Virus record (IMG/VR): IMGVR_UViG_3300012913_000005 | Span: 1-27,188 of that record | DNA: 27,188 nt | Reading direction: 5' to 3' (one strand) | Source of the DNA: a virus | Lineage: Duplodnaviria; Caudoviricetes | Shown here: positions 1-7,538 of the stretch, piece after piece | Position numbering within the stretch: the first letter of the stretch is position 1 | Layout of the letters: each line of letters begins with the position of its first letter | Notes under the pieces: model-generated | Database searches by the model: none | Told to the model about the DNA's origin: nothing | The model's input: only the letters and a program-made list of their open reading frames with translations | Translations under genes and position numbers: made by a program

Positions 1-68
1 AACGCGCGCAGGTTCTCGGGCGTCAGGTCGGCCAGCTTCCGGGGCTTCAACCCAGTGTCACTCGACAT
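1..68 (-). CDS. 5' end of a gene running off the window (MSSDTGLKPRKLADLTPENLRA...), possibly leaderless
   Basis: ATG at 68 open to the window edge; TAAGCT -10-like hexamer (80-75) 6 nt upstream. Confidence 0.5.
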   Translation of the reverse strand, partial: MSSDTGLKPRKLADLTPENLRA

Positions 69-79
69 GCCACCAGCTT

Positions 80-430
80 ACACCCAGAGGTAACGCGTCA
101 TCGGGGGGACCTCGATCCTAGAAGGGGCTAGTTTTGGAGCCCCGCGCTCTATACGCGTATCACGCGGTAACGCGTCTGCGTGATGCGTTACCTCAAGGGG
201 AGTTTTTCCAAGGACTGGGGAGAAACCAGTTCCTTCCTCCCTTGAGACCCACGCTGACCTGCATAGCTTCAAAGTCAGCGTGGGGGGACCCATTTTGTCC
301 GTTTTGAAATACGAGCAACTCGGACACACCCGTTGTATACCGGGACACATCCCCCACAACCCTCAACCTTCACTTGAGGTTTAGGTATATATGCGGGGAC
401 ATCTAACTCACATCCCAGGCATGCCTGTTA
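80..430. repeat. Lower-GC non-coding gap with short direct and inverted repeats (candidate genome end, packaging site or origin)
   Basis: GGTAACGCGTC at 89-99 and 166-176, inverted near-copy GATGCGTTACC at 182-192, palindrome ATACGCGTAT at 151-160; no convincing ORF. Confidence 0.45.
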
Positions 431-432
431 CC

Positions 433-861
433 TTAGCCATTAAGACATCTCGGCGGCCGGGTCTCAGGGCAGGCAAAAGGCCGGTTGACCAGGGAGAACA
501 GGGGAGAGACAACCTGACAGTCGTCCCCGTCATCGCTTGAACCTTCAACCGATCCGGCCGACAGGGCCAGCCGAGCGGGGTGCGGGTCCGGCATCGTCAC
601 GGTCTTGTTCGCGATCGTCGTGATCCGGCGCCTGCACTTGTGACCGGGCGCCACCCCACACTCCGGGCACACCACGTCATACCCCGTCCCGGAGCGCTGA
701 CTGCGACGCTCGGGGTGGAACGAGTCCATCGGGATCAGCGCCCCGTACCCGCCCCTGCCGGTCAGGCACCGGAACCCCGGGCCCACACCGCACACCGGGC
801 AGGTCCGCGAGAGCGCGCCCGTGGGCGCCCCGTGCCACCCCCGGCCCATCCCCCTCGTCAT
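433..861 (-). CDS. Phage zinc-finger protein with two CxxC-x6-C...HPxR repeats
   Basis: CPVCGVGPGFRC..HPER and CPECGVAPGHKC..HPAR; ATG at 861 overlaps upstream TGA. Confidence 0.75.
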   Translation of the reverse strand: MTRGMGRGWHGAPTGALSRTCPVCGVGPGFRCLTGRGGYGALIPMDSFHPERRSQRSGTGYDVVCPECGVAPGHKCRRRITTIANKTVTMPDPHPARLALSAGSVEGSSDDGDDCQVVSPLFSLVNRPFACPETRPPRCLNG

Positions 862-1835
862 CAGATGTCCTCCCACTCACTCCCGATGCCGCGCCGGATC
901 ACGGTGCCGTCGTACTTGGCGAAGTGGGTCGCCCAGTCCTTGCCCGCTCCCCTGACACACCTCCGGGCCCAGTCCTCCCGAGAGGCCTCCTCGTAATCCG
1001 AAGCCCTCTGCTCCATCTGCGCCAGCACGGCCTTAAGCGCCTCCCGGGACCCCTCCCCGTACGGGTCCGGCGTCCGGCATTCGCTCTCCGGGGCCACCTC
1101 GCTGTGTATGTGCGACGGATTGACGCACGGGACGACCGGCGCCGGGTGGTGCTCACGCCGGTACCCGCACCCGACCGACATCGTGACCACGCCCGTGGTC
1201 GCCGGGTCGCCGCTGCCCTTACCGCCGATCATCGCCGCGCAGTACTGCCCGTCCCCCTCGAACGGGTGGTCCCGCATCGCCTCAGCCCGCGATCGCGCCT
1301 TGCGTTCCTCCGCGTCAGCCCGCTCCGCCGGGGAGGAGCCCATCACCGGGTACCCGGTGTCCGTCTTCTCCCGCACGTGCCAGCCGGGCGGGTCGTCGTC
1401 CTTCACCGCGATCCGGTCCAGGTCGCCGACTCGCACGTGCCAGCCGGGTGGGTTGTCGTCCTTCACCTCTCTTACCGCGCGCGAGGCTTTACCGGATCGC
1501 GTCTGCGCACCGGTGGAGCTGTTGCACGTCGCGCACGCCGGGCGGATGTTGTCGCGCCGGTACGTCCCTCCCCGGCATCCGGGGATGATCCGGTCCACCG
1601 TCAGCGTCTCGGCGGTCAGCAGGTGCCCGCACCGGTAACACCGGCACGCCGCCTCACAGCCCTCCGTGCCGATCAGTACCGGCAGTACGACGATCGGGGT
1701 GGTACTGAACCGGCCCCGGATCACCTTCACGTCCACGTCCGCGCGGTACGTCTCGATCAGCCACATCCGGCGCCGCTCGCGGTCCGTACTGCTTCCGCGT
1801 GCGTTCTGGTTCGTCGTTCCCCGTCTGGTCGTCAT
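861..1835 (-). CDS. HNH endonuclease with long C-terminal extension
   Basis: CYRCG..LTVDRIIPGCRGGTYRRDNIRPACATCNS HNH/zinc motif; start MTTRRG coupled by TGATG. Confidence 0.8.
   Translation of the reverse strand: MTTRRGTTNQNARGSSTDRERRRMWLIETYRADVDVKVIRGRFSTTPIVVLPVLIGTEGCEAACRCYRCGHLLTAETLTVDRIIPGCRGGTYRRDNIRPACATCNSSTGAQTRSGKASRAVREVKDDNPPGWHVRVGDLDRIAVKDDDPPGWHVREKTDTGYPVMGSSPAERADAEERKARSRAEAMRDHPFEGDGQYCAAMIGGKGSGDPATTGVVTMSVGCGYRREHHPAPVVPCVNPSHIHSEVAPESECRTPDPYGEGSREALKAVLAQMEQRASDYEEASREDWARRCVRGAGKDWATHFAKYDGTVIRRGIGSEWEDI
1372..1467. repeat. 36-bp direct repeat inside the HNH gene (VKDD[N/D]PPGWHVR x2)
   Basis: 1372-1407 and 1432-1467, 2 mismatches, 60-bp period. Confidence 0.85.
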
Positions 1836-2071
1836 CAGACCCGTCCCCTCATCCTCTTGTTGGGTCTCTTGCCCGTGATCCGTTGCCGGGTGACATGTAC
1901 GTTGCGCGAGCGGCCGACGTGCCAGCCCAGGCACTGGGAGCACCGGTACACGCTCACCGAGTCCGGCCGGACCATGTACCTACGGATCAGCCGCTTGCGC
2001 TCGGCGTCGGCCGCGTCCTTGTCCTCATGCCGTGCCTTGCCCGCGCACTGCCGCATGTACCCGGCGCTCAT
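1835..2071 (-). CDS. Small basic phage protein with C...YRCxxCxGWHVG motif (78 aa)
   Basis: MSAGYMRQCAGK...YRCSQCLGWHVGR; ATGA overlap with upstream gene. Confidence 0.75.
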   Translation of the reverse strand: MSAGYMRQCAGKARHEDKDAADAERKRLIRRYMVRPDSVSVYRCSQCLGWHVGRSRNVHVTRQRITGKRPNKRMRGRV

Positions 2072-2295
2072 CGCGGTGACCGGGGGATCTCGATGCGGAC
2101 CATCCTCAGGTCCCGCCAGGTCCAGGTCTTGTACCCGTCGCTGGTGAACGCCGTGATCTTGACCATGTCCCAGGACAACTCCGGCGGTGCCTCCACGGTG
2201 CCGATGTGCTGCCCGGCAGCGTCCACCAGCACGTCGCCCACAGACAGGTCGGCCGCGTCCATCCGGACCACCCGGACGTTGCTTTCGTTGAACAT
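2068..2295 (-). CDS. Hypothetical protein (75 aa)
   Basis: GGGGAG RBS, directly downstream of promoter 2331-2359, coupled to next gene. Confidence 0.75.
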   Translation of the reverse strand: MFNESNVRVVRMDAADLSVGDVLVDAAGQHIGTVEAPPELSWDMVKITAFTSDGYKTWTWRDLRMVRIEIPRSPR

Positions 2296-2330
2296 CTGCC
2301 CTGCTCCCCTCGATCGATTGCTGTGTTTCT

Positions 2331-2359
2331 AACGTACCAGTCATGCCTTCAAAGTTCAA
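2331..2359 (-). promoter_or_regulatory. sigma70/HrdB-type promoter TTGAAC-17-TACGTT with GGCATGAC core
   Basis: Member of the repeated promoter family. Confidence 0.75.
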
Positions 2360-2363
2360 TGCA

Positions 2364-2395
2364 CAAGGGGCCCGGCCTTCCGACCGGGCCCCTTG
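2364..2395 (-). terminator. Intrinsic terminator-like hairpin
   Basis: 12-bp perfect stem CAAGGGGCCCGG/CCGGGCCCCTTG just after stop at 2407. Confidence 0.75.
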
Positions 2396-2406
2396 ACGCT
2401 TACGTG

Positions 2407-2979
2407 TCAGTCCTTGCGATCCGCGAGCATGTCACGCACCCGCTTGGCCTCCAGCCGGTCGGTCCCGTCCCACCCGGGGATGTCCAGGTTGCACCGGATC
2501 ACCTCACACGCCGCGCTGTCCTGCGGCACCATGCCGTCGTCCTCGGCCTCCTCGATCAGCCGGGCCAGCTCGTCCACGTCGTCCCACACCCGCTCGATCA
2601 GTAACGGGTCCGACGACCGGATCCAGCCGTTCACGTAGTACCTGCCCGTCGCCGGTTCCCACCGGACGCTGAACCATTCGCCCTCCGGCACCGACCACCG
2701 CCCGGTACCCAGTCCCGGGTCGTCGCGCTCCGCCTTACGCGCGGACCGGCGCTTGCGGATCATCTCGCCCAACTGACCGGCGCAGATCAGCCCCATCCAG
2801 GTCCACAGCAGGAATGCGATCAATCCCAGTACGACCCGGGGAGTGTCTCCGGCGTCCTGCGAACGCTGTCCCGCGATGGTCACCATCACCAGCGCGGTCA
2901 CCACCAGAACCAGGAACACCACCCGCTCGGTGATGGCCCAGGTACTCGGTACCCCGCTATCCTTGTCCTGCTCAGTCAT
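2407..2979 (-). CDS. Membrane protein, two N-terminal TM helices
   Basis: Hydrophobic segments VVFLVLVVTALVMVTIA and VVLGLIAFLLWTWMGLICA; GGAGAGG RBS before MTEQDK. Confidence 0.75.
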   Translation of the reverse strand: MTEQDKDSGVPSTWAITERVVFLVLVVTALVMVTIAGQRSQDAGDTPRVVLGLIAFLLWTWMGLICAGQLGEMIRKRRSARKAERDDPGLGTGRWSVPEGEWFSVRWEPATGRYYVNGWIRSSDPLLIERVWDDVDELARLIEEAEDDGMVPQDSAACEVIRCNLDIPGWDGTDRLEAKRVRDMLADRKD

Positions 2980-3006
2980 CTCATCCTCTCCTTGTCGCAA
3001 CGCGGG

Positions 3007-3035
3007 TACGGCCGGGTCTCGTCAACCCGGCCGTA
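3007..3035 (-). terminator. Hairpin after gene ending at 3043
   Basis: 11-bp stem TACGGCCGGGT/ACCCGGCCGTA. Confidence 0.6.
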
Positions 3036-3042
3036 TCTGTCT

Positions 3043-3276
3043 CTACTTCACGAGAGCGTCAGTGTCTCCCCCGAGTAGCACCGGCTCATGGGCGTCCACG
3101 TGCCGCTGTGCCGACACCACGGCCTGGTCCCGGTTCCACCGATGCACCGGCTTTCCGCACTGGGTGCACGATCCGTACCAGCCCCGGGCCCGCACCGGGT
3201 GTCCCGGGCCAGTGCCCACCAGCACGATCGCGATGCACGGGTCCGCTCGATTGAACACCGTCGTACAGGCCATCAT
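3043..3276 (-). CDS. Small CxxC...H..H protein
   Basis: GSCTQCG...AQRHVDAH; GGAG RBS; follows promoter 3302-3331. Confidence 0.6.
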   Translation of the reverse strand: MMACTTVFNRADPCIAIVLVGTGPGHPVRARGWYGSCTQCGKPVHRWNRDQAVVSAQRHVDAHEPVLLGGDTDALVK

Positions 3277-3296
3277 CCGCTCCGCTCTCTCGGTAG

Positions 3297-3331
3297 TTGT
3301 CACCTTACCGTCATGACTGGTACGTTGGCAA
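3297..3331. promoter_or_regulatory. Overlapping divergent promoters: TTGCCA-18-TAAGGT (-) and TTGTCA-18-TACGTT (+)
   Basis: Central GTCATGAC palindrome; lies between divergent genes. Confidence 0.7.
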
Positions 3332-3367
3332 CGGCCCCGGAGACACCGGGGAGGAAGCGAGCACCTG

Positions 3368-3628
3368 ATGACGACCGACCCCCGATCCTGGTTCCTGACC
3401 AGCCAGGCGCTCGATCACCACGCGACCGCAGCCGCGCTGGAGGAAGCCATCAACTCGACCGGGACACCGGTGTCCGGACTGGCCGAACCCCTGGCGTCCG
3501 AACTGGCCGCACTCGGGTACGCGCTGGTTCACATCGACGGCGAGCACGGTGACCTCCCCGTGATGGCCATGGACATCCAGATAGACGGCCCGGCCGTGCC
3601 CGGGTTCCTCGACCGGCGGAAGGACTGA
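3368..3628 (+). CDS. Hypothetical protein (86 aa)
   Basis: GGAGG RBS, phage-like codon usage, downstream of + promoter. Confidence 0.7.
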   Translation: MTTDPRSWFLTSQALDHHATAAALEEAINSTGTPVSGLAEPLASELAALGYALVHIDGEHGDLPVMAMDIQIDGPAVPGFLDRRKD

Positions 3629-3631
3629 ACC

Positions 3632-3985
3632 GTGCACGCCGAGATCACCGAAGAGCACACCACTCGCACCGTGACCATCACGGTCAAGGACGGCCCAGTG
3701 ATCGACGGCAGCCCGGCCATCAAGGTCGATCAGGTCCGGGTGGTCATCGAGGACGGCAGTCCGGTATGGCTGTCCGTCAGCGGAGGTGCGATCCGGTGCG
3801 ACGGAACGCCCAGCCCGCATCATTGGGACCGTGGCGCCCGGTCGTGGGAGCGGTACACCCGTGTGACCACCAAAGCTGGCAGCAACATCGACGCGGCCCC
3901 GCCCTGGATCGGGATCATCTGGAACGGCGTAGCGCGCGGCGTGACCAGCTGGCACCTGATCGAATCCAGCATGACCGGTGAGTGA
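3632..3985 (+). CDS. Hypothetical protein (117 aa)
   Basis: AAGGA RBS, GTG start 3 nt after the previous stop. Confidence 0.7.
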   Translation: MHAEITEEHTTRTVTITVKDGPVIDGSPAIKVDQVRVVIEDGSPVWLSVSGGAIRCDGTPSPHHWDRGARSWERYTRVTTKAGSNIDAAPPWIGIIWNGVARGVTSWHLIESSMTGE

Positions 3986-4125
3986 CGTGTTCAGCGCCGG
4001 TCCCGCCGGGAAGCCACCGAAGAGACCGGGAGCGGGGGAGCGACCGCCGCCTGGACCACGGCCGACGACCCAGACGCACAAGCGCAACACGGCCCCGGGC
4101 AGGTAGGAATGGCACACCCTCCCCG

Positions 4126-4155
4126 GTGACAACATGTACGTCATGACTGTAAGGT
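4126..4155 (+). promoter_or_regulatory. Promoter GTGACA-18-TAAGGT with GTCATGAC core
   Basis: Member of the repeated promoter family. Confidence 0.65.
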
Positions 4156-4199
4156 GAGAGACAGAGCGGCGACGGGCCGCGAGGATGGGGAGGAACAAG

Positions 4200-4382
4200 A
4201 TGGCAGGCAAGCACCGGGCACCCGATCACGAGAGCGTCGACATCGACCTGACCGGGACGGCGCCGAAGCCCAAGCACGCGACCAAGGACGACCGCAACGT
4301 CTACAAGTCGGAGAACGCCGAGAAGCCCGCCGGGTCGGATCTCCCGGCACGAGGCCGGGGCGTGACCATCGAGGACGCCTGA
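4200..4382 (+). CDS. Small hydrophilic protein (60 aa)
   Basis: GGAGG RBS; own promoter and terminator. Confidence 0.7.
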   Translation: MAGKHRAPDHESVDIDLTGTAPKPKHATKDDRNVYKSENAEKPAGSDLPARGRGVTIEDA

Positions 4383-4393
4383 TCCCGCACACA

Positions 4394-4432
4394 GAACGGC
4401 CCCTGCTGTCTGGACCTCAGCAGGGGCCGTTC
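4394..4432. terminator. Bidirectional terminator hairpin
   Basis: 15-bp perfect stem GAACGGCCCCTGCTG/CAGCAGGGGCCGTTC between convergent genes. Confidence 0.85.
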
Positions 4433-4444
4433 CTTGTCGTCAGG

Positions 4445-4771
4445 TTACTCGATCGGGCTGACCTGCGGCCGGATGCCGAACAGGGCGAAGCCCGCCAGGA
4501 TGATCGTGCCCAGACCGGTCACGGCGGCGTCCGACCAGTGCAGGCCGTATTCCGCCAGCAGGGAGGCACCCGCCGACACCACCGCGACGAACAGCGCCGG
4601 AGCGATCGGCCGGGTGGTCAGCGCGATGACCACGCCGGTGATGAACGTGATGATCGCCGTGGCCTGACCGGCGTTCAGCCAGTCCAGCCCGAGCGACACG
4701 GCCCAGGTGAGGACCGCGCCGATCAGCGCCAGCCACAGAGCGGGCTCCCGGCCCAGGATCTTGATCCTCAT
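4445..4771 (-). CDS. Holin (4 predicted TM helices)
   Basis: GREPALW N-terminus, four hydrophobic segments, coupled by ATGA to the endolysin. Confidence 0.75.
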   Translation of the reverse strand: MRIKILGREPALWLALIGAVLTWAVSLGLDWLNAGQATAIITFITGVVIALTTRPIAPALFVAVVSAGASLLAEYGLHWSDAAVTGLGTIILAGFALFGIRPQVSPIE

Positions 4772-5475
4772 GCCGACAGCTTGGCGGTCAGGGCGGCGAC
4801 GGCGGCGGTCAGCTCAGCCAGCTGCCCGGAGATCTTGTCGAGCATGTCGGCCTCCAGCCGACCACCCTGGTCCGGGTACGAACGGCCGAACGCGAACCGC
4901 TCGGCGTCCGCGTAGTTCTGCCGGTTGAACCGGTCGGCGGAGTTCGCCGGGTCCTTGGGGTCGTTGCGCACGGCGCGCCCGACCGACGCGTAGAACTCTT
5001 CCATCTTCATGTCGTCCGGTCCTATCCCCATGTCGTCGAGTACGGCAATCGTGTGGTTCATGTTCCACGGGGAGCCGTCGTTCTCGTTCTGCTCGTGGCT
5101 CTCCCAGTGGACGTGTTCGGTGTGCGGGCTGGGCCCGGTGTACGGGTCACGCGCCCAGTTCCGGTCATCGTGCTGCGCGATCTGCCGGTTGTGAATCCAC
5201 AGGTGCGCTCGCGCGTCGGCCTGGAAATCGGCCTTCAGCGCCTCGATGATCCTCAGTTCGTCCTTGGTGCCGGACGGCGTGCTGGATGCCAGCACGTTCA
5301 CATCCTGGTCGAACGCGTCGACTTCGCCGTCGGCGTCCGTCTGGTGCTGGCTGCCACCACCGTGCGCGTCGTCGGCGTACCCTCCGTCACTGGCCGTGCT
5401 ACGGCCGGGCAGTAGTGCGTTGATCCCGTTGCGCCATGAGTTCAGCGCCGGATTCAATCCGCCCCAGTTGGCCAT
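4768..5475 (-). CDS. Endolysin, zinc peptidase (M15/LAS-like) type
   Basis: R..SDG..D.AH...SQH......DAFD and YTGPSPHTEHVHWE motifs typical of actinophage peptidase lysins; adjacent holin. Confidence 0.75.
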   Translation of the reverse strand: MANWGGLNPALNSWRNGINALLPGRSTASDGGYADDAHGGGSQHQTDADGEVDAFDQDVNVLASSTPSGTKDELRIIEALKADFQADARAHLWIHNRQIAQHDDRNWARDPYTGPSPHTEHVHWESHEQNENDGSPWNMNHTIAVLDDMGIGPDDMKMEEFYASVGRAVRNDPKDPANSADRFNRQNYADAERFAFGRSYPDQGGRLEADMLDKISGQLAELTAAVAALTAKLSA

Positions 5476-5516
5476 CGTGTCCCTCCCCTCTTCCGTCTAC
5501 CTCACAGTACCGGCTG

Positions 5517-5705
5517 TCAGCCTCGCCGCGCACGCCGTGTCCTGGCCCCCTTCCTGGCCATCCTGGACCGCTGCGCGTGCGTCACGCCCGCATTCGCGAT
5601 CCGGGCCGCGCTGCTCTTGCTCTTCCCCTTACGCCGGAGGGCGCGATACACCCGGTGCCGACTGCGTGCCACGTACCCCTTGCGTCCACCCGCTGAACTG
5701 ACCAC
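5517..5705 (-). CDS. Small very basic protein (YRALRRKGKSKSSAARIAN motif)
   Basis: GGAGG RBS before GTG at 5705; motif recognisable from actinobacterial small proteins. Confidence 0.7.
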   Translation of the reverse strand: MVSSAGGRKGYVARSRHRVYRALRRKGKSKSSAARIANAGVTHAQRSRMARKGARTRRARRG

Positions 5706-5752
5706 TGACGTCACCTCCGGGTTCCATGCTCCTCCCGGGCGCAGACACAGAG

Positions 5753-5783
5753 AAGCCCCGCCAGACGCTTCCTGACGGGGCTT
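5753..5783 (-). terminator. Terminator-like hairpin
   Basis: AAGCCCCG-c-CAG / CTG-a-CGGGGCTT stem after stop at 5796. Confidence 0.65.
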
Positions 5784-5795
5784 GACTCTTACGTG

Positions 5796-5912
5796 TCACC
5801 TGATGTGGATGACCACCTCGTGATCGGTCTTGCGCTCGTGTTCGCGAGCCTCGTCCTGAGTCACTCGCGGGTGGTCCAGCCGGTCGCAGTCTTCACAGTG
5901 GATGTCAGTCAT
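5796..5912 (-). CDS. Leaderless 38-aa C2H2-like peptide (MTDIHCEDC...EHERKTDH...)
   Basis: ATG 7 nt after the TAAGGT -10 of a consensus promoter; no RBS; CxxC..H....H. Confidence 0.65.
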   Translation of the reverse strand: MTDIHCEDCDRLDHPRVTQDEAREHERKTDHEVVIHIR

Positions 5913-6101
5913 GAGAACTACCTTACAGGCATGACTTTTAAGTGTCAACGGTGCTCTGCCCTGACACGTGGTCAGGTGCTTGCGGCCCAGCAGCACCGCG
6001 CCGGTGAAGGTCCGGTCTACCAGCTGCCACGGGGAGCGACCGTGCCCGACGTTCGGACACGTCCACACCCACCAGTCGTCGAACAGCCGGGGCCGGTTCA
6101 T
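5796..6101 (-). CDS. Hypothetical protein (101 aa) reading in frame through the promoter into the 38-aa peptide
   Basis: ATG at 6101 coupled by ATGA to upstream Cys-rich ORF; no stop until 5796. Confidence 0.5.
   Translation of the reverse strand: MNRPRLFDDWWVWTCPNVGHGRSPWQLVDRTFTGAVLLGRKHLTTCQGRAPLTLKSHACKVVLMTDIHCEDCDRLDHPRVTQDEAREHERKTDHEVVIHIR
5920..5948 (-). promoter_or_regulatory. Near-consensus promoter TTGACA-17-TAAGGT overlapping a TGAC-N8-GTCA palindrome
   Basis: Direct sequence match. Confidence 0.85.
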
Positions 6102-6256
6102 CGCACACCGGTGTGTTTGGCCCGGCAGCACGCGCACGTCTTGTCGAACATCGCGTTGCACTGGCCCATCGCGCACCCCCAGCAGGAGGCGTACGCCGGA
6201 CCGGTCTGCCGCAACTTCTTGACCAGCCGGACCAGTCGTCCGGCCTTACCGGCCAT
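6098..6256 (-). CDS. 52-aa Cys-rich protein (CWGC..QC..TCACC..H), absent from ORF track
   Basis: Hand translation; fills the gap exactly and overlaps both neighbours. Confidence 0.6.
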   Translation of the reverse strand: MAGKAGRLVRLVKKLRQTGPAYASCWGCAMGQCNAMFDKTCACCRAKHTGVR

Positions 6257-6671
6257 GGTTCATGGCAGCGATCACGTAGCCCTGGTTCTCCAGACCCCGC
6301 TCCATGGCCCGTGCGCGAACCGAATCCGCACAGTGGTCCGTGCTCTTCCAGGCCAGGGCCAGCGCGGCCCGGCCCTCGGCCCCGGCCTGAGTCAGCTGGT
6401 CCATCCCGATCATCCGGGCGAACCAGTCGGCCGCCGTACCGACACCGGTCCCACCGGCACCGCGTACCCCGGTGTACTTCTCACCGACCCAGGCGATCAT
6501 CGCCCGGTCCAGCGACTCGTACAGCTCCCCCACCTTGGGGCGACCACGGCTGTCCGTCTCGTCCGGCTTACCGTAGGCGAACAACGGACGGTCCCCGATC
6601 GAGGCGAACCCGTGCCCCTCCACCCGATAGAAGCAGACCTCCGGCATCTCCCACCGGTCGGTGAACTTCAT
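6246..6671 (-). CDS. Hypothetical protein (141 aa)
   Basis: AGGAG RBS before MKFTDRW; good codon usage. Confidence 0.75.
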   Translation of the reverse strand: MKFTDRWEMPEVCFYRVEGHGFASIGDRPLFAYGKPDETDSRGRPKVGELYESLDRAMIAWVGEKYTGVRGAGGTGVGTAADWFARMIGMDQLTQAGAEGRAALALAWKSTDHCADSVRARAMERGLENQGYVIAAMNHGR

Positions 6672-6790
6672 CTCCTGTTCCTCCTCTCCCCGATCTGCGC
6701 GATCCATGCGCCGATGAACACCAGCTGGACCACGAACCAGCTGAGCGTCCAGCGTTTCGACGAACACCCGTCCCGGTAGTCGTCACTCAC
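6668..6790 (-). CDS. 40-aa single-TM peptide (MSDDYRDGCSSKRWTLSWFVVQLVFIGAWIAQIGERRNRR)
   Basis: Hand translation; GTGA and ATGA overlaps with flanking genes. Confidence 0.6.
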   Translation of the reverse strand: MSDDYRDGCSSKRWTLSWFVVQLVFIGAWIAQIGERRNRR

Positions 6791-7341
6791 GGCCGCTTGC
6801 TCCTCTCGCTGTAGACCGGCGTCACGCCGACCTCCCGGGCAGCGTCGTCGATCATGTTCAGGATGTCGGCCAGGACGAACGTCTGTTCGCCGCTGGGCTT
6901 ACGGTCACGACGGCCCAGTGCCACATCGTTCTCGGCCGCGCCCTGTGCCCAGCCCTTGGCCGCCATCTCCAGAGCCGCCAGTGCCTTGACCGCACCGGCC
7001 AGTTTGTCCGCCTCGCGGGTGGCCCCAGGGGCGACCGTCTCGGCACCGCGCCGCTTGCCATCCTCGAACGCCTCAGCCACCGCCGCCTTCAGTGCCTGCT
7101 CACTGATCAGGCCGGGCTCCGGCTCAGGCTCCGGCGAGTAGACCTCCCGCTCGCCGACTATCTTGGGCATCGACGCCATCGGACCGTACTTGTCCAGGTA
7201 GTGGTCCGGGGCGAACGTCCGGGTCTTCCAGATGGCGTCCAGCGGGTCGTCGCCCCAGGTCCACCGGCCGTTCGCCAGCTCCCAGACGAAATCCCCGCCG
7301 TCATCGATCCCCAGGAACCGGGGGTAGATCACGCCGCTCAT
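6787..7341 (-). CDS. Hypothetical protein (184 aa)
   Basis: Start MSGVIYPRF coupled by ATGA to a 43-aa upstream ORF. Confidence 0.75.
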   Translation of the reverse strand: MSGVIYPRFLGIDDGGDFVWELANGRWTWGDDPLDAIWKTRTFAPDHYLDKYGPMASMPKIVGEREVYSPEPEPEPGLISEQALKAAVAEAFEDGKRRGAETVAPGATREADKLAGAVKALAALEMAAKGWAQGAAENDVALGRRDRKPSGEQTFVLADILNMIDDAAREVGVTPVYSERSKRP

Positions 7342-7469
7342 CGGGCCCACGCCAGCAGACGCGCCAGCAGGCTCGGAGCCCGGTGCCCACCCTTGTGCCG
7401 CTTGCCCTTGCCGACGAACCCGCCGAGCGCGTACGGCCCGTTCCCGGTCGTCATGTCCTTGTCCGTCAT
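7338..7469 (-). CDS. 43-aa basic peptide (MTDKDMTTGNGPYALGG...LLARLLAWAR)
   Basis: Hand translation; AGGGGAG RBS; first ORF after promoter 7509-7538. Confidence 0.55.
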   Translation of the reverse strand: MTDKDMTTGNGPYALGGFVGKGKRHKGGHRAPSLLARLLAWAR

Positions 7470-7508
7470 CCGGCTCCCCTCCGGCGCGTCCCTCGCGCTT
7501 CAGGAGAT

Positions 7509-7538
7509 ACCTTACCGTCATGCCTACAAGGTAGTCAA
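7509..7538 (-). promoter_or_regulatory. Promoter TTGACT-18-TAAGGT; its -35 contains the terminase stop codon
   Basis: Member of the repeated promoter family. Confidence 0.75.

Noticed and set aside
78-359. 93-aa minus-strand ORF in the gap
   Set aside because: Low-GC codon usage unlike real genes, no RBS, overlaps the repeat elements
3978-4106. 42-aa Pro-rich + strand ORF (MSDVFSAGPAGKPPKRP...)
   Set aside because: Fills a gap but has no clear RBS and low-complexity content; too weak to call
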